Shown here: piece by piece, positions 13,939-25,149 of the stretch
Numbering within the stretch: position 1 is the stretch's first letter
Layout of the letters: each line of letters starts with the position of its first letter
Origin: Eremomyces bilateralis CBS 781.70
Lineage: Eukaryota
Assembly: GCA_010015585.1 (NCBI GenBank)
Contig: ML975161.1
Length of the DNA stretch: 64,000 bases
Reading direction: 5' to 3' (one strand)
The notes under the pieces: generated by a model
Told to the model about the DNA's origin: nothing
Databases searched by the model: none
Seen by the model: the letters and a program-made list of their open reading frames with translations, nothing else
Position numbers and translations under genes: made by a program

Positions 13939-14199
13939 ATGGCTGCCCTCATTCTCGGCATCGCAGGCTTCGTCACCCACAGCGTCCTGAAGATCAAGCA
14001 CAAACGGAAAGAAAAGGAACGGCAGAGGCTCGAGCAGCTGGAAGAAAGCGAAAGGGCAGGGAGATTGCGGCACAATGGTGAGAGGCGAGGGTCAAGAGAC
14101 TCGAATCTCAATAGCGAAGACGAAGCACTACCGAGCTACGAAGCGGTTGCACGGGAGGATCGGCAATTTCGAAAGTCGAGGAGAAGGGATGCAGGATAG
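13939..14199 (+). CDS. Small (86 aa) protein with N-terminal hydrophobic anchor, basic coiled coil and LPSY (PY-like) motif
   Basis: MAALILGIAGFVTHSVL hydrophobic stretch, KHKRKEKERQRLEQLEE, EALPSYEAV; good start context (AGCATGG); convergent with ARL3. Confidence 0.55.
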   Translation: MAALILGIAGFVTHSVLKIKHKRKEKERQRLEQLEESERAGRLRHNGERRGSRDSNLNSEDEALPSYEAVAREDRQFRKSRRRDAG

Positions 14200-14402
14200 C
14201 ATGGTGGATTGAGGTTGTCTGTGATATTAAGATCAAGATATGAGTAATGACGGCGGACAAAGGCTTTGATTCTAAGCGTCCCGGTGTATATGGATTGGAT
14301 CTGGTGTTTGGCAGAGACGCATAATGATTCGGACGGCGTAACGAATCCTAACGTTCATTCGAAATGAGAAATTCCAGAGTTAAGGGTATCATATCCATCA
14401 TA

Positions 14403-15125
14403 TCATCGCATCGTTGGCGGTCGCGCCTCTTTATTCCATTTGACCCGACTGCATAGCCATTCGACCGCCTCTGTGACTCCGGTGCCAGTCAATGCACTAC
14501 ATGGCAGGACGCGGCTGTCTCTAACGCTCCCACCTTTCTCTCCTTCGAATACCTTCCTCACCAGTCCCTCCTTGATCCTGACGACCTCCACACAGTCTTC
14601 CCTGTCTTGCTTGTTCGCCAGAACCAGGACTGGGACGCCCTCCGTGTCTTGATTCAGTAGAACGTCCTCGAGGACGAGTTTGCATTCCTCCAACCGCCCA
14701 AAATCATCTTCGTTGTGGCCGTCGGGGCTCGATAGTTTCGCCAGCTCCGCGTCGCCGATGTCCGTGCTATCGATCACGAAGACGATCGCATGACAGCTTG
14801 AGTAATAGCTTTGCCATAGTCCTCGTAGGCTGTGCTGTCCCCCGATATCCCAAATCTTCAAATACATATCGGGAAGGGAGATGGTCGAGACATTTTGACC
14901 GACGGTAGGGACAGTCTTTAGGTTCGGATGTTGGGTGGTAGAATGAGCGGCTTTGATTTGTTCGAGAAGAGTGGTTTTGCCCGCATTGTCAAGGCCTAAT
15001 AGTAAGACGGAGAATTCTGCGCGGTTCTGCATTAGTGATCCCATCTGTTGCAGGGGGAGAGTGTGTTTTTACATACCTTCTTTGCTGGTCGCATACATAT
15101 ACAGGCCTTTCATCAAGTGATACAT
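14403..15125 (-). CDS. ARL3: ARF-like GTPase Arl3 (ARFRP1 orthologue); intron 15017-15076
   Basis: Spliced MYHLMKGLYMYATSKEEFSVLLLGLDNAGKTT (aromatic residue 2, no Gly2, typical of Arl3/ARFRP1); PTVGQN, WDIGGQ, LANKQD, CSALTG. Confidence 0.95.
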
Positions 15126-16136
15126 CGTGAGAATACCCGGCGCATGCCAGCCATGGATCCCGATCGAACAATTCTGAGTGAAAGGATTCAAGAAAGGGCT
15201 AACGATGGCACATAGCAGTCAGTAACAGTTTCCACTGCGTAAAGTAGGCATCACAAAGACATTTCAGAAAACAGCGGCGTGAACAGAGAAGTTGAGCTTG
15301 TTCCTATTGTGATCCTTGCATAGAGACACCTGAATCGAATCTGATATCCATTGATCCATCCAACCCCACATGTGGTTTAGCGCAGCTTAGCGTCATTGCC
15401 CATTGCTACCAGGTCTGGTTGAAGACTTCCGTTCTTAATTGCCATCTCAATTCAATCTGCATCCAACCAGAACTGGATATCTGCATCTATCATGGCCGGA
15501 AATGAAGTGCAGCAGCTCAGAAAAAGGAGGATACTCATTAAAAGGTAGAGAAATAGTACCTACATCCGGGGTGCAGGAAATTAATGGCCCTTCCTCTTCA
15601 GCGTCTACCTCCAGCCTACTGAACTCGGTACCTTTGGAAGGTACCTACTATATATGAGCAACGGTTGAGACCACTCGATTCCCTGGAGATATGCTTCAGA
15701 GCCGTCAATCTCTTCCTCGTACCAGTATTCTTTCCAAGTCCATAACCATGCAGAATTCAACCCTGTCGGCTCAGTATTGCAACAACCAGAAATTAAGACT
15801 AGCCAACAGATTTCAATCAGAGAATACTGTCGAGGTCGCTGGGGAGGAGCACACGATGCTCATCGGAGCCTGGAGGGAGCCTGGAAGCAGCTGACATTCT
15901 AGAAGCTTTCCTAAACTATGCGAGGATGGAATTAGGGCAGCATCAATCTTGTTGCATCACGAAAACGAGGATGATCAAAAGCCGAGATAGCGGGACGGTT
16001 TAGCCCGATCGCCGGAATAGGAATGGCATCGTCTGATGAAAAACGTGGGTTAATGCATGTTGCATCATCTATATACTCTTCTCTGGACTACAGACACGGT
16101 TCCCGAGGATCAGACAAATTTTAACTTTCAAAATCT

Positions 16137-16961
16137 TTGGAGGATGCGGAACTCGGGAACATGCACCCAATGGGACAAGAAGGGCACAAATTGCAAAGAT
16201 ATCAACCCCGAGAGCTTGTCTCTAATGTCGTACATCATTTGGATAGTCACCGAACGGATCCACGACCTGCCTTCTTGGAGAATGCATGTGCAGCAGTATT
16301 CATAACGCCGCAACCTATCCTTACCTACCTATGTATGACGCCCGAGGAACTGGGAATAATAATATGAGTGCTTGATATCAACAATGGTACCACCCCAGGC
16401 CGTTGCACGACACATTCCCGTATTACTCTTCTCTCTCTCGCTCCGGGTCATCATGTCCCTGGAGTTGTTGAAAGGCAGAGTCTTCGTGATTTCGGAGCGA
16501 ACGTATAGGGTGGAATAATCGAAATCGAAGCTCGACTGGACACAACTTGAATGACCCCGGATTTCAGTATTATAAAGTATGAGTACCTGTTGGAATACGC
16601 CGAGTGAGGAACAATGATGAACTCATCGCCACGACGATTCAAAGTTCCAGCTCCAGGGTGGTTGATGACGGGCGCCCCGGCCCGAGACTGGTTCGTGAAA
16701 CGGTCCAACCTCGTCGACCGCCGTTTACCTTTCCCATCACCACGCAATTCCACCTTCCTCCATCCAACCAATTGCTCATCGTTTATCTACTCTGCTGCTC
16801 ATCCCTGTTTCCTGTCTTATTCCCTCAAAGGACCATCGTCATCATTGGCTTCTTGCGCTTGCGCTTACCGATACATCCCGACAACAGTGGCCATCCTAGT
16901 TCCGCCTGCGGTCTCTCGGCTGAACTTCCCTACGTTCCTATCGGCGGTCCAATATTATTAG
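16137..16961 (+). pseudogene. Possible decayed coding relic, family unknown
   Basis: ORFs 16137-16367 and 16614-16961 share one frame that has only 4 internal stops (TGA, TAG, TGA, TGA) over about 275 codons; no recognisable motif. Confidence 0.25.
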
Positions 16962-18100
16962 GGTTCTTATTGGGCCGCGATTCGAGCCGCTGAACGTCCG
17001 GGACAAGAAAGAATCGAATGCGCAGGGGCAGGTTCGGAGAAGGTCCTGTTCAAGGTGACCGCAAGTATTCCCCAGCTTGAAAGGTATCTTATACTTCTCG
17101 GCTGGATCGAGAAGACAAAACCTTTCGGCTCGATGGTAAGTCCAAACCGTTTTTTATCATCCTTCCACAGCTCTTAAACTTTCTTGGGTTTGCCTCTGAA
17201 TTCTCGCTCATCCATTCTTGCTTTTCCCCTTATCTTCGAGCCAAGGTGTGGTGCGGAAGGTGGCTAGCCGTCAAACTTGACGTTGTCGCATTCAGAACCA
17301 TAGACGGAAAAAGTTATTAAGTCCTGTGGATTTGAAATTTCCTTCGTCGCCGGATTATTACTTGCGCAGGCCGCGATTCGTCCATTTGTCGTCGCAAGAG
17401 GAAAGAGTCGAGCGGGTTCGCCTCACTACCGTAGGGAGATCTCAAGTGCCGGCGTTCGAGCGTGCTGAGTGGCCCACGTTGTTGACGGGAATCGAAACAA
17501 ATAACTTGCAACATTCGCCTCATCCTGCGAGGAGAACAACTCGACTGCCGGCATCAAACGCATCGAACATCATGCGTGAGATATGGTGGTTGTAAGGCGA
17601 ACCTGGAGGCGACTGGGTTGCCCACCCATGTGAAACTGACAGGTATTTTGGCGATACCAGAAGTTGTACCACATCGCAGTCGTTGCGACTCAAGTCCTGG
17701 AAGTCCTGTGCTTTGTTTGTATTTCTATCCCAGAACCTGCGAGCTCTCGGCGTGTCTACTCTGCCCTCCCCGATCATCTTCACCGTTCTTTTAGGAAATC
17801 TTCTTCGTTGGCGTTCGTGTCTTGCACCGCTCTATAATTCATGTGTCCGCCTTGAGCGGAATCTATCAATTGTTCCAGTGCGATTCCTGCTACCCCTATC
17901 TTCAGCAATACCCTATTCGTTGAGTTGATACATCGCATGCGCACGTTCATCACTGTCCTCAGCGATCTGAGTGGGTGAACGTCCCCAAGCGCTCTCGATT
18001 TCAGTTCCTGCTGCCGTTTGCATGTACTGTTGACGTGCATTGCAAACGCCAGGAATACACGATAGCGCCACACCACTTTGCTCCCTGTCTTGCTTTCACT

Positions 18101-19438
18101 ATGTCCTCTCCTCATTCGTCAGCTCCACCATCAGTAGAGGCTGAACGCCATGGCCAACCACCGCTCAAAGAGCTTGAGCGCGCTCCTCCAGGATCGAGGT
18201 TAACTTTGATGCGCTATCTACAGGATCTAAACGATGCCGAGACTCCAGCGAGTCCGCTTGAACCGAGATATCATACCGGAAAGCTTCCGAATAGCAAGAC
18301 CGGTGATGGAAAGCCACGGTTAATGTTGATGGGGCAAAGAAGGTGCGTCCGCAGTCATGTATCGTAGGAAGGGCACATAAATAATCGTGATATTTAATTT
18401 CATAGGAGTGGAAAGTCATCCATATCCAGCGTGGTGTTTCATAAGCTCCCTCCGAGTGAGACACTGTACCTTGAGACTACCACAAAGATCAAGAAGGAAG
18501 CTATGCAGTAAGTTCTGCTCCCGTTGTACATGGCATCAAAACTCACACCTCCTAGCTCATTCATGGATTTCCAAGTTTGGGATTTCCCAGGTCACCTTGA
18601 TTATACTGGACCGGAATTCGATCCTGAGAATCTTTTCGACGAGATCGGCGCATTAATCTGGGTTATCGATGCACAAGACGAATACCTGGAGGCCATTCAC
18701 CGCCTGAATCGAATGATCATCTACCTCCAAAGCAGTTATCCCGCTATCAACATTGAGGTGTTCGTCCACAAAGTAGATGGATTATCGGATGACTATCGGG
18801 GAGATACTTTCCGTGACATCATTCAGCGAGTTCAGGACGAGCTCAGCGACAACAACTACGAAAATCCACCGGTCAGCTTCTACCAGACGAGCATCTACGA
18901 TCATTCCATTTTCGAGGCCTTCTCCAAGGTCATTCAAAAACTCATCCCTCAACTCCCGACACTCGAGGCACTTCTGAACTCTTTGTGTTCGAATAGCCGC
19001 ATCGAGAAAGCGTACTTGTTTGACGTCCTCAGCAAGATTTACATCGCTACCGACACTTCTCCCACCGATATCGGCAGCTATGCGATCTGCTCCGACTACA
19101 TCGACGTCGTTATCGACGTTTCGGAGATCTACGGTTGGGATCGATTCATGCAGATAGGGTCTACTACTGCGGGGGAAGTTGGGCTTGAAGAGACGGGAAA
19201 CCAAGACGCTGATAGCGTCATCACCATGGACAGGAAAGCCCACAACTACCTGTATTTGAAGGAGATCAATAAGTATGCCAATCCTTCGACTATCCTAAAT
19301 GTGCTGACAGTCTGCTCGCTTAGGTACCTGGCATTGATATGCCTAATGGGTGAAGACTCTCCAGCAGGGAGGAAGCCGCTCATTGACCACAATGTCAGCG
19401 TCTTTCAGGATGCTTTGAAGCAGGTGTTTCCGAGATGA
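18101..19438 (+). CDS. GTR2: Rag GTPase Gtr2 (RagC/D); introns 18343-18405, 18508-18555, 19273-19323; true start may be an ATG-only exon at 17133
   Basis: [103 protein letters not shown]. Confidence 0.96.
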
Positions 19439-19804
19439 TATTCTTGCACAAGCATTCCAACGGCCAGCGAATAGACTACTGGTTTGAAGTTGCGTTGGAT
19501 TCCAGCATCAACAAACCTATTGCATACTGCTCATATTCAAGTTGTCGAGGGCTGTGCTGGCGCTTGAGAGGGATCATGGGCTGATGATGTACGATATAAG
19601 GTGGAGTACTTTCGATGAGGGCTTTCATATCAATACCCTTTGCGACCCAGCCATATGGCAGGCAAAATCATGTTCAGAGTGCCGAATTTGAACTTTCTAC
19701 GGCTGCCTTGAACTGTCTTGAAAGTACCTATTTCTCTTCCTGTCCAAGTCACAGGTCTGCTACTTGATTTTGGACCACTCCATCCCCCACTCTACCATGG
19801 CGGC

Positions 19805-20457
19805 CCATTAGATACATCGGCTCAAAATTGGCAAAGTCCTCCCAACTTTTGCAAAACGCCATACAGAGCCCATCTCCAAAATTTAAACCGTGCAATAATA
19901 GCAATTCCGCCCTTTCTATTAGTATATCCCTACGTATACCAAGTTTTGAAATAAACAATGCGTAATTGGTGGACCGACGGGCGGCAACCAAAGCCGCAAC
20001 AACCCAACTCCGGAGCGGGGAGCAACAACGAAAATTACCACCAAAAGAAACAAAAAAAAAGAGACACAACAAACCATAAAAAGGAATACGCGACTGGAAA
20101 CCAAGAGACCTCTACCAGCAGAAAGATAAACGAAAAATAAAACAGGACAAAAATACACAACTGGAAACTAGAATAAGCAGGGAAAGAAGGCGCAGCGGAA
20201 AGTATATATGCGCGAGGGACCACCTAATCGTCCATAATACTCCAAACACAAAAACTACCCCAGCAACAAGGTGACCCCCGCCCCGAACAACACCAATTAC
20301 ACATTATTTATTTCAAAACTTGGTATACGTAGGGATATACTAATAGAAAGGGCGGAATTGCTATTATTGCACGGTTTAAATTTTGGAGATGGGCTCTGTA
20401 TGGCGTTTTGCAAAAGTTGGGAGGACCTTGCCAATTTTGAGCCGATGTATCTAATGG
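19805..20457. repeat. Long inverted repeat / fold-back: arms 19805-19971 and 20291-20457, 319-bp spacer
   Basis: Hand alignment of the left arm with the reverse complement of the right arm gives 164/167 identical, ungapped; three transition mismatches (left-arm 19835, 19956, 19961). Confidence 0.97.
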
Positions 20458-20629
20458 AAACGGAAAGAATTCCGTTGTTCACAAGGCTGTCTATCAATCG
20501 GATGATGTGTCGTGGACGATTTTACTAGGGTCCCACGAATGCCCATCATCATCCTGATTTACCTTCGAAGAATCACGATTCTCACCTCAATATACGAACG
20601 TTTATGCGCAGTCTATTGATATTTCAAAA

Positions 20630-21628
20630 ATGACAACCGATTCGCCTTCCTTACGACATCGCAATCCGAACACCTCGACTTCCCCGAGCACGCCAACTCC
20701 ACCGTCTCGGTTCCAGCACGACCTTCGAGGTTCCAAACATCTGCGGACGGACGGCTCGAAAAATGACAACGCGGTGGTGGATTTAAAGAGCAAGGATTAT
20801 GTCAAATTGGGCGTGTTGGATGTTATCAGAGTGCTGGGCGGAATCTTGCTGCTGAGCAGTGCGCTGAGCTGGTTCGTCACCGGGGATAGCGTGCTGTGGG
20901 GATGGCGGCCGTGGTGGTCAAGAGGCGATGCGCTGGGCGCGTGGCTGGTCAGTTCAGCGATTGATTTCCTGCTAATTTACGTGCTATGATAAGCATGAGG
21001 GCATATACTGATCGATAACTGCAGAATGGCCCTGTCATCTTAACGGATGCCGAGCTGAAGCAGTACGATGGCTCGGATCCAAACACGCCGATATATGTTG
21101 CTTTGAATGGCACTATCTACGACGTGACCGGAGGGAGGAGAATGTACGTCAAAAACAGCGTTTGTTGGCATCCCCACCATGAAATTAATCAAACGGAGTA
21201 GATACGGCCCAGGTGGTTCCTACAACATATTCGCAGGCCGAGATGCTACCCGAGCGTTCATTACCGGCTGCTTCGCCGAAGACCTGACGCCAGATACCCG
21301 CGGGGTGGAGGAAATGTTCATGCCGATCTACCCGGACGAAGAACTTTCGTCAGACGAAACGTCACGGCAGCAGGATAGTGCGTCAAAGGCGTCGAAAACG
21401 CAGGTCAAGCTGCGCAGGGAGAGGGATAGGCGTAATGCAAACAAGCAAATCCGCGAGACGATAGATCATTGGGCGGCATTGTTTCGTGGAGAACGGGGCG
21501 ATAAGCCTTACTTCGAAGTGGGAAAGGTCAAGCGGGAGGAGGGATGGTTGGATGCATTGCCGAAGAGGGCGCTGTGTGAGTCGGCGAAAAAATCGAGACC
21601 GAAGGTGAAGGATGAAAACTCGTCATAA
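20630..21628 (+). CDS. Cytochrome b5-like heme/steroid-binding (MAPR family) membrane protein; introns 20948-21024, 21144-21200
   Basis: TM segment VLGGILLLSSALSWFVTG; LTDAELKQYDGSDPNTPIYVALNGTIYDVT..IYGPGGSYNIFAGRDATRAFITGCF. Confidence 0.92.
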
Positions 21629-21870
21629 ACGAAGGGTATCATAGGGTTCATTTCAGCAATTTTGAGCGATGTTCAGTTCGACATGTCTGATTGAACCATT
21701 CCATTGAATATTCCGCACAACGTGTCATAACTCCAGTATCCCATTTGTGTGTCCATTGCAATGCTGATTCGTGGCTATCGCTCGAATATCGGCGACGCCG
21801 AATTTTGATGCTGGTCCGCCATCATATGGATCAGACCTGTGCTTCGGCTCCGTAACGTCTCGACGACCGA

Positions 21871-22439
21871 TTACTCCGTAGCGCCAACTGCCCGAGCTAC
21901 AAACGATAGTCAGCATGGAACAAATGAAATCACCTTTCCAGAATATTCGGAGAAGTTCGGCTCGGGTGACGTACTGTAGACCTTCATCTTGCTGTGGGTG
22001 ACGATTGGCTTGATGATTCCCTTGTCCTCCAAATCTTTCAACGCTGCCCGTGCGAGGGAGCCATTGATCTTCAGACGATCGACGAGGGTAGCAACGGTGA
22101 TGAGGCGGTATGACTGGACATCCTTCTGGAGTTTCTCGTTGGTGGATTTATCGAGGATGACGGCGTGGTTGGCCTTGTCCTTGACTATGAGGGGATATGA
22201 GTTAGCATTATTCGGGTAGAACTCCACAACGCAACGGATTTACTCCTTTCGAATTATCAGGGAGGGTTATCAGGGAGAGGGTCGGTGTCGATATGCTTGG
22301 GATCGTGATGTGTCGCATCTCAGTTCGTACCTTTGCCCTTCGACCACTTCTTCTTTTGCTTCTTTCCGCCAGCAGCTGGAGCCTGATGAATTTGTTAGTA
22401 TCGAATATCCGTATTCCCTTCGACTAGAAAACATACCAT
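21871..22439 (-). CDS. RPS25: 40S ribosomal protein S25 (eS25); exons 22437-22439, 22331-22382, 21975-22184, 21871-21896
   Basis: MAPAAGGKKQKKKWSKGKVKDKANHAVILDK..YRLITVATLVDRLKINGSLARAALKDLEDKGIIK..YTRAV; three canonical introns. Confidence 0.98.
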
Positions 22440-23038
22440 GATTGCAAGTTGGACGGAATGTATGTTGACGAAGGCTGTAAATGGATGCTTGACTTGTGGT
22501 CAGGTTGAGGTTGAAAATGGCGACAGGTGGGATGGTTTAGTCAGCAAATGTGAAGCGAACTTGGACAGTCACGTGCGCTCCACCAAAATTCGATATCACC
22601 ACTTTTGTTCCACCCTCTCAAATGAGCATGCAGTGTCGAAAGCTTTTTGAGGAGGTTGCAGCCCCGGCCAAACTACATGCCGTGAGGGTTCCACGTAATG
22701 CTCATGGGAAGACGATTCAAGCATTCAGAAGTGCATCACCCACGCCACTCGACGACGCTTTGGAAGCTGACCGCGTTCAACCAGTATTGCATTCTGCCTA
22801 AGTGGTTTCTATGATAGGAATACATGGACCATTATACATTATGTGATGTGTCCGCCAATCGCTCAAACAGAGGGAAGTGTTCAAATGAGTGACTAGAGAC
22901 CGTATATTTAAATAAGAATATGCGCCGTGAAAGGGGTATCTCAAGGGACATATACTGGAATGAAGTTTGCATGACAGACAGAAGGAATTATAAACGAGTG
23001 CTCGAGCGTCAGGTAGAGAAATGATCAAGACATCCTGT

Positions 23039-24262
23039 TCACAATGGGGTTCGGGGGAACGTCTTTACGATCTGGTGGATCTCCTCTGGATCCGTGAATA
23101 CATGCCAGTGTGCCCTCGGGATATTCTTGAACGCATCCTCAAACCGCCGATCTCTGTTCTTGTCGTCTTCGTCCATATGAGCAATGCCCGTGACTTTGCG
23201 GATGAAGATCATTCGTACCCAGCCGGGGTACTTTCGGTAGACTTCGCCATAGGCCTCTGGATCGCCTTGAGTACTATCTCCAATGAGGATGAAAGTACGT
23301 TCCGGAAACTGAGCATGGATCTGGTCTATGCGGCTGACTTTGTAGGGCTGGGTACCTTCGGTCAGATTGCCGAGAATGCCCGCTAGGGTCAGCCAGGAGG
23401 CTTCTCGCAGGATGAGTTCGCCGAAAGGAAAGTTTCGCTCTCGGAACTCGCGCAGAACCGGATACAGATTGTATGGCGAGGCGGACAAATACCAGAAAGG
23501 AGGATCGTTGAGACGCCATCTCATGTCTTCGTAGAGCGGACCCATCCCTTTAATTGCCTGAAACCTCTCGGCAAAAGTCTTCCTGACGACTCCAACGGCA
23601 TCGTCAGTCTGGGTGACTTTGATGGTATCATCTATGTCGCTGATAATGGCCCAACCCTTTTTCGACGCAAACATGGTCTTCGCCTCCGCTTTAAATCCAG
23701 ACTCTGCAGTATGCCACCGGCCGACATCGCCATTCGAGTGTGCGTCTGGTACGGAAACGACGTTCGTACTGATGCCATCGCGGGAACTGGGTCCTAACTT
23801 GAAAATCCGGTTGTCGATCATGGTACGTGTGTACCGGGCGGGTTGGATAGTCTTCAAGAACGGTTCGATGCGCTGGTCGATAACATCGGACTGGCCAACA
23901 CCAGCAGCCGCAGCAATAGCAGCAATGATATCGCTCGACGGGTTCCCACTGTCTTTCAAAAAAAACGCGGCGTTGTATTCGGCATTCCATTTCCCGTTCT
24001 TCTCCCACGCGATGTTGTCGAAGAGCCAAATCTCATGCGTCCGGGGGTTCGCCTTCGAGCCGAACGGGTTTCGTTTCCCAAGACGCGACGTGACGAGGTC
24101 GAAGGGGTTGCAGTCGAATCGAGACGCGCACGACGGCATCATATTCTCGACTTCAGGGTAACTACCTCTGCGACGGGTGTCGGACTCTCTTCTGGTTTCT
24201 TGCCATTTCTGCTTGGGCTTGCCCGCGCAGACCATCGCGTTGAGGCGTTCCATGAGCGACAT
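23039..24262 (-). CDS. App1-family Mg-dependent phosphatidate phosphatase (DUF2183, HAD-like)
   Basis: IISDIDDTIK catalytic DxDxT motif, WYLSASPYNLY, FPFGELILR, FILIGDSTQGDPEAYG, IFIRKV; single exon. Confidence 0.9.
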   Translation of the reverse strand: MSLMERLNAMVCAGKPKQKWQETRRESDTRRRGSYPEVENMMPSCASRFDCNPFDLVTSRLGKRNPFGSKANPRTHEIWLFDNIAWEKNGKWNAEYNAAFFLKDSGNPSSDIIAAIAAAAGVGQSDVIDQRIEPFLKTIQPARYTRTMIDNRIFKLGPSSRDGISTNVVSVPDAHSNGDVGRWHTAESGFKAEAKTMFASKKGWAIISDIDDTIKVTQTDDAVGVVRKTFAERFQAIKGMGPLYEDMRWRLNDPPFWYLSASPYNLYPVLREFRERNFPFGELILREASWLTLAGILGNLTEGTQPYKVSRIDQIHAQFPERTFILIGDSTQGDPEAYGEVYRKYPGWVRMIFIRKVTGIAHMDEDDKNRDRRFEDAFKNIPRAHWHVFTDPEEIHQIVKTFPRTPL

Positions 24263-25149
24263 TATAAATGGGGTTCGGTCTGTATCATGTCAGGAGGATA
24301 TTGGTCAGGCATCCAAATTATGGCATGCGATTTCATAGGGATCATAGGGATCACAGGAGTGATAGAGGTGATCTCCAAATAGAGAATATGTCGCTGCATG
24401 ACGCCCTTTATCTGGTGAGACATTTTAGGCTCGGCGAAGAGGATGGAGAGGGCGAGGTGGTCGCGTGCAAGCGCAGGTGACTGAGACAGCAGCCGCATCT
24501 ATCCAAGGGCAAGTCAGTTGTCTACGGCATAGTGTAGGGACTCTGGTCGTCGTGGTTCCTTCGTGTGGACTTGGGTTAAGGTCGGGCTACCATGGTCAGT
24601 TAGCATTGTATCTCAATATCATTGAACGACACCAGTATCCAGTCCCTGGCTTCTTTACGATGGCCGAGATGCAGTGAGGCTTTATTCATAGAGTTCCGAT
24701 CAAGATACCGGCATCGGATATATTTGAAGAGCTGCTGCCAAAGTGGATAACAGCTGACTGGGCCATGTGAGGAGTTGGGCTGGATGCCAGGGCCCCGTGA
24801 CACTACAGAGGCCGTGGGTGCAATTCGATGCCGCCTCAACTTACAATCGATTCCGTGTCGGATCACAACCCAATCTCCTTGGTCCTGCTCTATGGAAGTT
24901 GAGGCTCGTTATTCTTGTTTGGTTAGGAAACTACATTCATGAAGTATTCGATGATCCATTCCCAGCCACCCCAGCCACCCCAGCTCCGCGTCTACGCACC
25001 ATCCATAGCGTGAGAAATCAGACCCATCTGTTTTCAGTCGTCTGGCATGCTTCTTGTTTGTTCCGATTCGCAATACGTGCAGCTTCATTCATCTGATAAC
25101 GCTGACCTGGGATACGTGCTTTTAGCGGTTCAGTCCGTCTGTAGATGCA

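Noticed and set aside
20392..20415. GGCTCTGT...TTGCAAA resembling IS6-family bacterial IS ends
   Set aside because: Interrupted match, internal to the arm, eukaryotic context, no transposase.
19749..20528. Paired ORFs sharing the peptide LFISKLGIRRDILIERAELLLLHG... (19749-20072 minus, 20271-20528 plus)
   Set aside because: By-product of the inverted repeat; non-ATG starts and no domain motif.
22185..22330. 146-nt RPS25 intron as a possible snoRNA host; contains CTCCCTGATAA twice
   Set aside because: No C box or H/ACA arrangement visible.
24961..24987. (CCCAGCCAC)x3 short tandem repeat
   Set aside because: Ordinary slippage repeat with no associated structure.
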